The notes below the pieces were generated by a model. The model was not told the origin of the DNA. It saw only the letters and a program-made list of their open reading frames with translations, and did not search any database. Of a stretch of DNA of 64,000 bases, positions 1 to 9,419 are shown in pieces. Numbering within the stretch: the stretch's first letter is position 1; each line of letters starts with the position of its first letter. The stretch lies in IMG/VR virus record IMGVR_UViG_3300045996_000852, positions 64,001 to 128,000 of that record. One strand, written 5' to 3'. Made by a program: the position numbers and the translations under genes. Source of the stretch: a virus (taxonomy: Duplodnaviria; Heunggongvirae; Uroviricota; Caudoviricetes).

Positions 1-906
1 ATTCAAAGAAGTATCAGCAACTATGTATTGCATCGGAACTATCTCATAATCACTATATTGATCTTCAATATGGGAGAAATAGTATTTGGCTGCTAACCAA
101 TAAAAAGCTTGTTGAATGTAGTAATAATATTTAAGATAACCATAAGTAAATCCTTCGTTATCCCAAGTACACTTCAAATCATATAGATAAATCTTCTTCT
201 TTTTATGGTCAATTTTGAACAGGTCAAGTTCTGATTTACATTTCGTTTGAGTACAGTCTACATTATCATAAAGCCATTCTATAGGAAAGCTTGTGTGTAA
301 AGTATCCTTGCTACCAAGGAAAATATGAGAAGTATTCTCATCCCTTAGAACTGATTGACCAACAAACTTTCCTTTGTCAAGCATTACAGGGGTAACCATA
401 ATCTTACCAATATTGGCAATTCTGGACTTATAATAATCCTGACCATTCTTTTCGAAATCATCCCACACTTTATCAATATCCTTTCCTTTGTATTTATCCT
501 GAGCCTTGACACGATTGAAAGCCTCGTCAAACATATCAGCCATAGCCATAGTACAAATACCTTCCTCATTTGTGTTCTCTTCTGTTACATCGAACAAATG
601 GTCACAAAGGATAAATACCTGTCCTGTACCTAACTCATAGTCTAATTGAGCAAACTTTTCATCAATCCTATTGTCAAATTCTCGTTCATCACCATGACAA
701 TCCAACACAAAAAAGTGGGCTATATCACCCACTGTTGTAGACATGGAAGGTTTTGACTTCCTAGTCTTACCTAGTTTGTATTGATCGAAGAATAATGAAG
801 GATTTTCATCCCATACTTTAAGCATGGAATAGTTTAAAGAGGTAAGTTTTCTGTACTCTACCTGTGGTTTAACCAATTGGGTTTGTTTTACTTTTCCTGT
901 AATCAT
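1..906 (-). CDS. PD-(D/E)XK exonuclease, RecE/ExoVIII (DUF3799)-like; 3' end truncated by window edge
   Basis: Not in the ORF track (no stop inside the window). Manual translation from ATG at 906 gives MITGKVKQTQ...KSELDLFKIDHKKKKIYLYDLKCTWDNEGFTYGYLKYYYYIQQAFYWLAA, i.e. the D...DLK...QxAxY pattern. Confidence 0.75.
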   Translation of the reverse strand, partial: MITGKVKQTQLVKPQVEYRKLTSLNYSMLKVWDENPSLFFDQYKLGKTRKSKPSMSTTVGDIAHFFVLDCHGDEREFDNRIDEKFAQLDYELGTGQVFILCDHLFDVTEENTNEEGICTMAMADMFDEAFNRVKAQDKYKGKDIDKVWDDFEKNGQDYYKSRIANIGKIMVTPVMLDKGKFVGQSVLRDENTSHIFLGSKDTLHTSFPIEWLYDNVDCTQTKCKSELDLFKIDHKKKKIYLYDLKCTWDNEGFTYGYLKYYYYIQQAFYWLAAKYYFSHIEDQYSDYEIVPMQYIVADTSLN

Positions 907-1433
907 GGTTGTATATTTGCTTTAATTCCGAATAGCCACCTTACAAAGGTAGGTATCTTTTTATATTTCTCATAGTTCTGTTGGATTAAATGTTCAATTT
1001 TTCCCTCTCTCTTTGTTAATATTTCTAACTTAACCTTTTGTTCTTCTTCATTTTTAAATTCCCATGTTTTAAGGTCATCAGTGGTTAACAAAGTTATTTT
1101 TTCAAAGTGTCCCCGAGGAACCGAAAGTAAGTCACTTTGGATATTTCGGAATACTCTCTCCCTATCATAATCCATTAATACTTCATAACTACCTGCCATA
1201 TCCATATTAATAGTACCTATTTGCTCTTGATACTTATAATCCCTATAATGTCTATGTAAAGATAAAGTAATTGTTAACTTTTTCTTCTCTATTTCTTCTT
1301 CAAGTTGTTGGGTTAAGATTTTATTTCTTTCCTCCAAAAGCTTATAATGATTTTCCCATAAATCATAATCTATGGAAACATACTTTTCATGTGTTAGTTT
1401 ATTATCCATTATTTTACTTATTAAGATTAACAA
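903..1433 (-). CDS. hypothetical protein
   Basis: 176-aa ORF; its stop overlaps the next start (ATGA). Confidence 0.6.
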   Translation of the reverse strand: MLILISKIMDNKLTHEKYVSIDYDLWENHYKLLEERNKILTQQLEEEIEKKKLTITLSLHRHYRDYKYQEQIGTINMDMAGSYEVLMDYDRERVFRNIQSDLLSVPRGHFEKITLLTTDDLKTWEFKNEEEQKVKLEILTKREGKIEHLIQQNYEKYKKIPTFVRWLFGIKANIQP

Positions 1434-1701
1434 GTGTTCCGTCTTGAATTGCTTTCCTTATCCATCTCATGAATGTGATAGCCTTATCTGTAGCTAACAG
1501 AGTAGCAGTTCCTATGTCATCCAAGGGAACTGGAAACTGTAAAGTTTCAGAATTGGCTTTTCTAGCTTCATTCTCAGCAAGAGGAGTTGGGTCTTGAGGT
1601 ACTGCATAATTTTCAATCTTATAATAAAAATGTCCTTGTCTGTAGCTATCAAACCTAACATGGTTATTTTTAACTAGTTGTGTGATGTTTATATTTTCCA
1701 T
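1414..1701 (-). CDS. conserved phage hypothetical protein
   Basis: 95-aa ORF tightly packed with its neighbours. Confidence 0.6.
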   Translation of the reverse strand: MENINITQLVKNNHVRFDSYRQGHFYYKIENYAVPQDPTPLAENEARKANSETLQFPVPLDDIGTATLLATDKAITFMRWIRKAIQDGTLVNLNK

Positions 1702-2132
1702 TAGTTGTGTATTTTACCTTTATAAAATCTTGACATAACATGACCATTCCAACAATCGTCCCGGAATAGTACATTATTCTGAATAAGTACTGCTGTTTCC
1801 CAATAAGTAAGTGAGCTTCTATTTTCACATAGTTTAATGATTTCTCTAGTAAATCCCTGTGTTCCACCACGTTGAGTAATATACTCAGTTAATGGTTTAC
1901 AAGAACCCCAATAGGATAACCATTTGGAATCTACCTGTTCCACTTTGATTCTCCTACGAGTTCCTACTCTTGCTTTCTTACTTAATCGAGTTTTCTTCTT
2001 ATGAGTAAATGCTTTCTTTCCCCAATAGTGATTCCCTTCATCATCTATGATGTGATAGATAAATCCATAAAATCCTTCAGGGGGAGTTTCTAAGCACTTG
2101 CCTTGATAAATCCAGCAATTACTTTTTAACAT
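1701..2132 (-). CDS. GIY-YIG endonuclease, T4 endonuclease II-like
   Basis: GFIYHI...YWGKK, WLSYWGS and FTREII...YWE motifs. Confidence 0.7.
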   Translation of the reverse strand: MLKSNCWIYQGKCLETPPEGFYGFIYHIIDDEGNHYWGKKAFTHKKKTRLSKKARVGTRRRIKVEQVDSKWLSYWGSCKPLTEYITQRGGTQGFTREIIKLCENRSSLTYWETAVLIQNNVLFRDDCWNGHVMSRFYKGKIHN

Positions 2133-2403
2133 CAGGTTTCTTTTTGATAATAATAGTTTTTAATTTGATGAAATCTAATTTGGCCTTTACAGGAATCCAG
2201 CCTCTCTCTTCTGACTTAACAAGACAGGAGATACCACCATCTTCCATGATCTTTAAACGAGCACCCTCACCATTTTTGAATTTAACCCCAAGTAGGGTAG
2301 TAAATTGAAATTCAACGATTGTTCTCTTAGGGAGTTCTTTCTTTTTACCTGACTTTGGTGTTAGCTCCTGCTTGTTCTTGATTCTCTTTTTACTTTGTTT
2401 CAT
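2119..2403 (-). CDS. hypothetical basic protein
   Basis: 94-aa ORF in operon context. Confidence 0.5.
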   Translation of the reverse strand: MKQSKKRIKNKQELTPKSGKKKELPKRTIVEFQFTTLLGVKFKNGEGARLKIMEDGGISCLVKSEERGWIPVKAKLDFIKLKTIIIKKKPDVKK

Positions 2404-2417
2404 CCAGTTAGATTATT

Positions 2418-2684
2418 TCACAAACTTACTATATTATCAATAGATATTCCTTTTTCTTCAAGTTTATTTAACAAATCATAATACTTAGTGTAGTATTCAA
2501 TCTCTTTTTGTTTCAATTGAATACATAATTCTCTAAGTGTTTCTTTATCAGCCAGTTCTATCTCATTAGGCCGAATTTGTCTACCTAAATAAACTATGTC
2601 ATTAATCGTCTTGGGGAATTCCATATTGTAGAATTCACCCTGAATTTTGTTACTCATATGTTTTGCTCCCCGGGTTTTTATCAA
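2418..2684 (-). CDS. hypothetical protein
   Basis: ORF in operon context. Confidence 0.5.
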   Translation of the reverse strand: MIKTRGAKHMSNKIQGEFYNMEFPKTINDIVYLGRQIRPNEIELADKETLRELCIQLKQKEIEYYTKYYDLLNKLEEKGISIDNIVSL

Positions 2685-3615
2685 GTTTTACCACCTTTCT
2701 TTTACAAGTTTGAGGGGATATAGGAACCAGAACAGCTACATATTCACCCCTCTTCCTTCCAACAACTCTACCTTTACTTCTCTCTGCTATAATCTGAGCA
2801 TTCTCTTCTCTGACCCATCTGGTAGCCATATGACCAGACCTTTCCCATTCTGACACCAGATAATTCAAGTTGAATTTCCTTGGAGTATAATTCTCAGGAA
2901 GGTCTACAACATACCTGTAGAAAGGAGTCCTCTTCGATTTCTTAGCTTCTTTTCTATCAGAAGCCTTCATTACTCTATCTTGTGTAATTCTAGTAATCAG
3001 AATCTCTTTATCGAGCAATGAGAGATAAGCATTAGTTGCTATTGTTGAAATAATTTGCGTTTTGATAACACTTCTGAAATATTCTTCGGAAACTTTGATT
3101 CTCCAAGCCTCAGTATCAGGTTCTAAATCAGGAAACTCCTTACTAACTGATTGAATTATAGGAAGCATTTGAGATATTCCTAAACGTTGATTCTCAAATT
3201 CATTTGCTATATGATCTATAGCTAATTTCTGATTATAGGTTCCTTCCAAGACTGTGTATTTAGTATTGGTATCACATTCTACTTTACAGAGAATCTCTGA
3301 AGTGTTATAGGGGTTAGTGGAAAATGGATTAGAAACATATACTGATAACTTAAGTGTTCCAAAATCGGTAAACTCAAAAGGATAATTACGAATATTTTCA
3401 TTTGGTCCCTTATGTTTAATAACTATGACACCTTTATTCAGGAATTTTATGAATCCTCTCTCTGATAGTCTTTGACATACCTTACGTAAATCATCCTGAC
3501 CATCACCTCCTGTTTTACCAGTCATCCAGTTAATCATTTTGATCTGAGTATCGGCAGTAATCTCTATTAAATCCCTTCCTTTGAATTTTTCCCGGACGTA
3601 TTGTAATTCATTCAT
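2650..3615 (-). CDS. hypothetical protein
   Basis: 321-aa ORF. Confidence 0.7.
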   Translation of the reverse strand: MNELQYVREKFKGRDLIEITADTQIKMINWMTGKTGGDGQDDLRKVCQRLSERGFIKFLNKGVIVIKHKGPNENIRNYPFEFTDFGTLKLSVYVSNPFSTNPYNTSEILCKVECDTNTKYTVLEGTYNQKLAIDHIANEFENQRLGISQMLPIIQSVSKEFPDLEPDTEAWRIKVSEEYFRSVIKTQIISTIATNAYLSLLDKEILITRITQDRVMKASDRKEAKKSKRTPFYRYVVDLPENYTPRKFNLNYLVSEWERSGHMATRWVREENAQIIAERSKGRVVGRKRGEYVAVLVPISPQTCKRKVVKLDKNPGSKTYE

Positions 3616-3919
3616 ATTACTTGATTTTTACTATTGTATAAGGTCTGTTCCAGCAAAGAGATAACCACTCTTTAGCTTTTTTGATACTAGGAAATTCATC
3701 AGTAAGGATTTCCTTACAGCTCCCGTGGAGTCTGATTCTACATCTTTGAGCTTTCATATTTTTAATTTGTATTGTCAGCTTCTTCTTTTTCCTTTAACCT
3801 TTTCTGAATCTCTTCATCAATACTTTGAGAAGAGAATATATGATATAAATTGGATTTACCATGTCTTCTTTTCATAACTAATAGTTCTTGAAAAGTATAG
3901 AGATGAATTTCATTTTCAA

Positions 3920-4522
3920 TCATATTCTACGTGGTTTAATTTTTCTCCAAGTAAGCCATAAAAGACTCTGCATTTCAGATGGTAACATCTTATTCTCAGT
4001 AGCATATTCTTGAAGAACTTGTTTAAGAAATAAGTATTGTTTATTAGTAGCTGTTTTGTAGGTAAAATCACCGGACATAAGCTGACACATATGAGAATCT
4101 AAAGTAACATATTCAGGATTCTCAGGTTTAGTTATATTCATAAAGAAATTAACAGTCTTCTGTCCGTTAAGAATTCCTTCCGTTAATGTCATAATATTTG
4201 TATCATAACAATCTCTTATAAAATAAATAGCTTTTGCCTTTTCTACCTGCTGTCCTGTATGTCTACATGTTTCACCTCTACTCTTCAGGAAATCTTCTGT
4301 AAGAACCATGTTATGAAACCAGTTCTTTTGAGGAGATAAACAACTTATTAATCCTGAAACAATTATAGGATTTACATTGTATTGTTTTCCTAAAGTTTGT
4401 GCAAATTGATTAGCTTTAGGAAACCATTCCTTTGCTTCTTTTCGAGTGGCTAAGTCTGTCTGAATTAAGACATCTTCCATATTTGACTTTACAAATTCGG
4501 TATTGTATATTGCTTTCATCAT
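3920..4522 (-). CDS. phage protein with a helix-hairpin-helix DNA glycosylase-like fold
   Basis: EWFPKAN...ISCLSPQKNW...GQKTVNF...VTLDSH...SEMQSLLW pattern. Confidence 0.45.
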   Translation of the reverse strand: MMKAIYNTEFVKSNMEDVLIQTDLATRKEAKEWFPKANQFAQTLGKQYNVNPIIVSGLISCLSPQKNWFHNMVLTEDFLKSRGETCRHTGQQVEKAKAIYFIRDCYDTNIMTLTEGILNGQKTVNFFMNITKPENPEYVTLDSHMCQLMSGDFTYKTATNKQYLFLKQVLQEYATENKMLPSEMQSLLWLTWRKIKPRRI

Positions 4523-4791
4523 TCAAAGTGTTTTGAGTTATTTCTATTCTTATGACATGTAGGACAATGTATTCCTATATGTCCAAATACTTCAGATGAA
4601 GATTCTCTCCATCCTTCTTTGTAAGCCTCTTTCGCCAGTTCTGCCTGAATATTCTCTACTTTGTCATCACTGCTATCAAAGTCTTCTTTTTCTAACGTTA
4701 TTTTGTTTTCACATACAACACATTCAAGTTTTAAATTGAGTACAACTTCAGCGTTGGATGTGAGTCTCTGTATTTGTGCTATTTTACTCAT
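4519..4791 (-). CDS. hypothetical Zn-binding protein (CVVC...CPTC)
   Basis: Two CxxC pairs; likely start MSKIAQ at 4791. Confidence 0.55.
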   Translation of the reverse strand: MSKIAQIQRLTSNAEVVLNLKLECVVCENKITLEKEDFDSSDDKVENIQAELAKEAYKEGWRESSSEVFGHIGIHCPTCHKNRNNSKHFE

Positions 4792-4806
4792 ATAAAGTGT
4801 TTTAAA

Positions 4807-4838
4807 TAAAAAAAGAGGGAGCCTAGACAAGCTCCCTC
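4807..4838 (-). terminator. intrinsic terminator after rIIB
   Basis: GAGGGAGC/GCTCCCTC 8-bp stem followed by a U-run on the minus strand. Confidence 0.75.
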
Positions 4839-4867
4839 GGTTAATATATGCTACAAACGATAAAAGA

Positions 4868-6337
4868 CTACTGGATAGCTACAATTCTATCATTCAACTG
4901 CTCCTTAAGCTGGTCCATGATGTTCACAACTATCTCTTCTGCTTCCTCTTCTTTACCAAGATTAGCAGGAATAATTCTCTGTTCTGTTAATTCCTTAACA
5001 GTAAGATTCTCGGCATCTTGGACTAACTCTTCAATTTTACCTTTGAAGTAATCTTCCATGAGGTGTAAACCTTCATCATTTACTACAAAGTTAGAATCAT
5101 CTTCCTCCCTGTTAAGAACAGCCAAAGGTAAGTATTTGCAACACCTGAACTTACTTTCCCTGTAAGGTACAGAAACTATGTCTCTTGGACAAATAGCTAT
5201 GATAATCTTAGTATCACCATTACCAGAGTGGTCATTGATATTAAATGCTGCATGTAAACCTCTTGAGCACGAAGCACTTGATTCATCACACGCCCTTCTT
5301 GGCATTGATACTTCCTTACCTATTCTAATATCCATTGTTCCTGTATGTCCGTCAGTATAAGATTGCTTTGTTTGCAATTCATTAATCTTATCGTACATTT
5401 CTCCTACCATACCAATGAAGTTATGATTAGGATGTTCCTCAGTATTTACCTTTTTACCAAGTCCTCTAGCTACAAGGAAATATTCCTTGCTATCCAAATT
5501 CTCATAAATATCAAAGTTATTTAACCCTTTCTTAGCCTTCTTGACCTTAGTCCAAGAATTAGATATAAAGTTAATAAGTTTAATATTATCTGCTGGTTTA
5601 CCTACAGAACGTACCCAACGATAAGCAAGAACGAATCCTTCTTTGGTAATAGGTACTCTGTATTTTTCCATAAGAGCATAGAATTCCTCTGTAGCTCTTG
5701 GGTTTGGATTGAGTACTATCCACCTCCAAAAATTCTTCAATCCTTCATAATGAAGTTTAGCATCTTCATCTTCCCTTCCTGCAAGTTCTGATAGTCTCTG
5801 AATTAAATTACGAGGTATACTCCTCTTAATTCCCTTCATAACCACTGAGTTACCTTGAATTTCAAAGTCCCCATTATTTACAAGAATAGCTACCTGACCA
5901 AGGGTTTCTAAAATCTGAGACTCTACCTTGTTAGTATCAGCTTCAGCAATTTCCTTTTCTACAATTTCTGTAGGAGTTGGTGGAAGATCAGGATTTAACA
6001 TCCTTTTAATTCCTAAAACATCCTTAGCTTCTCTTAGTTCAATAAGCTTCTTGAAGTTCTCTTCGTTAACATCCTCAGAATTTGCGTATAGTATTTCCTT
6101 TCCGTCAATTACAACGAATAAATCTTTACCCGGAGAGAAATGAATCCTTACTTTCTTCTTGGATTCTTCTTCTTTCATTAAACTTTCTGCTTCCTGTGCT
6201 TTCCTTCTCCACTCTTGTTTCTCTTCTTCTGCTTCCTTTTTTCCCTGCTCGTAATCTTTCTTGAGGCTTTCCACCTCTTTTATTAAATCCTCTAACTTGT
6301 CTGTTTTAAGACGTTTCCAAAAGTTGTACCATGCCAT
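4868..6337 (-). CDS. rIIB: RIIB-like protein
   Basis: WIVLNPNPRA...ITKEGFVLAYRWV...DGHTGTMDIRIG...CSRGLH...PRDIVSVP...RCCKY. Confidence 0.8.
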   Translation of the reverse strand: MAWYNFWKRLKTDKLEDLIKEVESLKKDYEQGKKEAEEEKQEWRRKAQEAESLMKEEESKKKVRIHFSPGKDLFVVIDGKEILYANSEDVNEENFKKLIELREAKDVLGIKRMLNPDLPPTPTEIVEKEIAEADTNKVESQILETLGQVAILVNNGDFEIQGNSVVMKGIKRSIPRNLIQRLSELAGREDEDAKLHYEGLKNFWRWIVLNPNPRATEEFYALMEKYRVPITKEGFVLAYRWVRSVGKPADNIKLINFISNSWTKVKKAKKGLNNFDIYENLDSKEYFLVARGLGKKVNTEEHPNHNFIGMVGEMYDKINELQTKQSYTDGHTGTMDIRIGKEVSMPRRACDESSASCSRGLHAAFNINDHSGNGDTKIIIAICPRDIVSVPYRESKFRCCKYLPLAVLNREEDDSNFVVNDEGLHLMEDYFKGKIEELVQDAENLTVKELTEQRIIPANLGKEEEAEEIVVNIMDQLKEQLNDRIVAIQ

Positions 6338-6338
6338 G

Positions 6339-6857
6339 TTATTTCAGTTTAAGATTAAAACCTTGTGATTGCAAATATAGTAAAGCTTCTCCATTTCCTA
6401 TAGCATCATTTACAGGATTGTGGTCGTGATTTGTTTTCCTATGTCTTTTCCACTGATAATGCATATCATTGTAGAATCCACAGAATAAATCAGCTATCCT
6501 TCTGGAAGACCATCCGAAAGGATTAGAACCATAATACACATGGAAATAAAAGTTAATCCATGAAGCATCATATCCATTATTATCGGATATGAGAATAGGC
6601 TGACCTTGTGAATGAAGTTTGAGATAATCAGCAAACTTTTTCATAACTAAATGAGGGTCATCAAATTGTTCATGTTCTTGCCTTGTAAATCCACTAACTG
6701 CTAAAGCATCAGGATTATACCCCTGTTGAATGGGTTTAGTTTTACCATAAAATGTTTTGTCTAAATATTTATCTACCTTAACAGCACCAAAACAAACCAT
6801 ACTGTTAACACCTACTATTGGTCCATCGGACTCAACATCTACTACAAAGAGTGACAT
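6339..6857 (-). CDS. DEDDh 3'-5' exonuclease
   Basis: VVDVESDG (ExoI), SDNNGYD (ExoII), HNPVNDA (ExoIII). Confidence 0.8.
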   Translation of the reverse strand: MSLFVVDVESDGPIVGVNSMVCFGAVKVDKYLDKTFYGKTKPIQQGYNPDALAVSGFTRQEHEQFDDPHLVMKKFADYLKLHSQGQPILISDNNGYDASWINFYFHVYYGSNPFGWSSRRIADLFCGFYNDMHYQWKRHRKTNHDHNPVNDAIGNGEALLYLQSQGFNLKLK

Positions 6858-6859
6858 AT

Positions 6860-7270
6860 TTAAAATTTAGGTACTGATAGTTCAGCAATATTATTGAATT
6901 TGAATTCTTCCAACAGTCTATTACACAAGTATAGAAATGTACGGGGACAGGATTGAATCATTCCTGCTCTACCTGTACCAATTCCATATTTAGGAAATAC
7001 AACACTGTTGTATCTCTTTGCTCTTGTTTTAAGGGTTGTAATATCCATTTCAATTCTCATACAATTCTGAGAAAAATTTAAGTCTACCCAAGGTTTTCCG
7101 ATTTCTTCTAATGTACAGAATCCAAAGGCATTTTCAAAAGGTCTGATGATAGCTTGTCCACCACCTTTGCTTTTGGAACCTTGCTGTCTTTCATTTTCTC
7201 CGAATACATATAGTTTATCAGGATTGCTCAGACATTCTTGTTCTGAGTAAATTTCTAATACTTGTGTCAT
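6860..7270 (-). CDS. possible macrodomain-like phage protein
   Basis: YVFGEN...GGGQAIIR...FPKYGIGTGRAG glycine-rich loops resemble macro-fold ADP-ribose-binding loops. Confidence 0.35.
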   Translation of the reverse strand: MTQVLEIYSEQECLSNPDKLYVFGENERQQGSKSKGGGQAIIRPFENAFGFCTLEEIGKPWVDLNFSQNCMRIEMDITTLKTRAKRYNSVVFPKYGIGTGRAGMIQSCPRTFLYLCNRLLEEFKFNNIAELSVPKF

Positions 7271-7285
7271 AAAAATAGGGTTTAT

Positions 7286-7307
7286 AGGACTCCCTTTCGA
7301 GAGTCCT
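7286..7307 (-). terminator. hairpin, possible terminator
   Basis: AGGACTC/GAGTCCT stem with a CGAAAG-containing loop on the minus strand. Confidence 0.45.
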
Positions 7308-7312
7308 TGTTA

Positions 7313-8188
7313 CTAAAAATAATCCTTATACTTCTCCATAAGGTCTTCTACTTCTTTAGCTTTTTGGTTCCTGATGCCATTATCACTTCTTACATTATCA
7401 GGGTCCATCATTAGAGATTTCATTGCAGTGTAAATCTCATTGATTGCAGGGTCATTAGTTACATTCAGCCTTGGTAGAACTCCAATAAGTTCTTCAAGAT
7501 TACCAAATAAACTATCACGGAAGATAGAGTCCTTCTCTGATAATTTCTGTTTCATTGGCTCAAGAATATTTCTAATCCTTGTCCATATATCTTTCATGGC
7601 ATCCTTTAACCTTTCTTGAATCTCTATTTGGGCTGCTGTCTTCAATTTCTCAGCTTCACCAGCAGACAAACCACTAATCCTGAAATCCGTTTCAGGTACA
7701 GGCATGAATGCAGGTTTAACACCAAACTTATATTCAATCTCGGCTTTTGTAGGATAATCAGACTCTCGAAACATATCTCCTAGTCTTGTTCGTGCTTCTT
7801 GTACATAGCTATCATAGTTTGCTACGAACTCCCTTGTTGCATCATCAAATGATTTTCTTAATTCATTTAATTCGGCTACATAATTTAGATAATTTGCAGC
7901 AGGAAGTAATCTCTCTCCATTATCATTCCACGGTAGCGTGTTAAGGTAGTGAAAAGTTCTTAATTTACTGATAGCTTTTTGTACATCTTTTAAAGACTCC
8001 TTGGAAACCAGCATCTTATTATATCTCCCGGCATCCTTAGCATTATGCTTATCATCTACCTCTTTAGATACCTGAGCATCATACTTACGTGCTGTCCATT
8101 GAGAAATCCTCAAATTAATAGTCATAGCCTTATCATTCAGGGCTACTGCTGGTGCTGCTGTCTTTTGTAATTCCGTTACAGTTTCCAT
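7313..8188 (-). CDS. DUF3150-like protein of the type found with MoxR AAA and vWA-peptidase genes
   Basis: LRISQWTARK...AGRYNKMLV...TLPWNDNGERLLP pattern; co-located with AAA and DUF2201-like genes. Confidence 0.55.
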   Translation of the reverse strand: METVTELQKTAAPAVALNDKAMTINLRISQWTARKYDAQVSKEVDDKHNAKDAGRYNKMLVSKESLKDVQKAISKLRTFHYLNTLPWNDNGERLLPAANYLNYVAELNELRKSFDDATREFVANYDSYVQEARTRLGDMFRESDYPTKAEIEYKFGVKPAFMPVPETDFRISGLSAGEAEKLKTAAQIEIQERLKDAMKDIWTRIRNILEPMKQKLSEKDSIFRDSLFGNLEELIGVLPRLNVTNDPAINEIYTAMKSLMMDPDNVRSDNGIRNQKAKEVEDLMEKYKDYF

Positions 8189-8367
8189 ATTTCTTCTGTT
8201 TTAAATGTTATTCCTTTATCATAATAATTCTTCATAAAAGAAAGGACTTCTTCCATGTTATTGAAAGTTTTTGCATTCTCTATGTGAAGAGCTATATGAT
8301 TATATTCCTGAACATAATAACTACTACCACTTATAAATACTTTTATAACTAAATACTTCATAAACAA
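8176..8367 (-). CDS. hypothetical protein
   Basis: 63-aa ORF in operon context. Confidence 0.45.
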   Translation of the reverse strand: MFMKYLVIKVFISGSSYYVQEYNHIALHIENAKTFNNMEEVLSFMKNYYDKGITFKTEEIWKL

Positions 8368-8807
8368 TTTATTTGTACGTTACATAAATCATCAACGTAA
8401 TTATTAAACTTGTTATCTGCATGTCCTTTGGTCCACTGATACTCAATTTTTAACTTGTCTTGTAATGCAAGTAAGGTAACCCAAAGTTCTCTGTTTTTTA
8501 CGGGTTCTTTCTTAGCTGTTTTCCAATTCTTAGCTTCCCATGTATGAATCCAATCAGTGATTCCCTTCATTACATATGTACTATCTACTATTGCTGTGAT
8601 TTCAGCCTTAGGATAAAATGAAGAACAATAAGTAAGTCCCATAATAAGAGCCTGTAGTTCCATCCTGTTATTTGTAGTATCCTTTTTACCTTCTGAATTA
8701 GAATGTACTACTTTCCCATTCTGAACTATAGCATAAGCCCAAGCTCCTTTGTTGGTAACTTTACCATTTCCACGACAGCCGCCATCTGTATACAATTCTA
8801 TCTTCAT
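8358..8807 (-). CDS. rnhA: ribonuclease HI
   Basis: YTDGGCRGN, TNNRMELQA, VDSTYV, WTKGHADNKFNNYVD. Confidence 0.95.
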   Translation of the reverse strand: MKIELYTDGGCRGNGKVTNKGAWAYAIVQNGKVVHSNSEGKKDTTNNRMELQALIMGLTYCSSFYPKAEITAIVDSTYVMKGITDWIHTWEAKNWKTAKKEPVKNRELWVTLLALQDKLKIEYQWTKGHADNKFNNYVDDLCNVQINCL

Positions 8808-9417
8808 AGATTCATCAGTTTATTTTTAATTTCCTTATTGAATACAGTTATAAAATTGAAATCACCACATTGATCTACTCTTTCAGGTAGAACATCCCCG
8901 TATTTTACAGCTACTATACATTGTCTTTCCATGTCACTGTATTTCCCGGTATGAATAACTTCATTAAATCCCATTTCAACATGCTCTACTTTAGCTAGTC
9001 CAGAATATACCTTTACTTCATAACCTAATTTAGTTAAGAATATTTGTACTTCCTCAATAGTAAACTCAGGGATTCTAAAATTACCAACACAGTTGGTTAT
9101 GTCATAATATTGTTTGTGTGTTATCATAACTCTTCAATTTGTTCGACTACAGATTTTAGTTGCCTTTCAAGTTCCGTTTTGATGACATTAAGTAATTCCC
9201 AATTACCCTGATAACGACATAAATCTGCTTTTACACCACTTCCATCTTTATGTTCAGAAATACTTAGCCAATATACTCCATCATCAAAATATCTCTTCTC
9301 TCTTTTATTAAGAGGTCTTTGTTTAGCTAGAAGATTATCAATCTCTATTATCGCTTTCTCGGTAACTTTCTTAATTTCAAAAAGTTCGTTACCCTTTTCA
9401 ATTTGTTCTTGTGTCAT
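8804..9417 (-). CDS. two hypothetical proteins (8804-9127, 9124-9417)
   Basis: Translationally coupled ORFs (4-nt overlaps). Confidence 0.55.
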
Positions 9418-9419
9418 AA

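Noticed and set aside
384-569. 61-aa minus-strand ORF
   Set aside because: It is an alternative frame inside the RecE-like nuclease gene.
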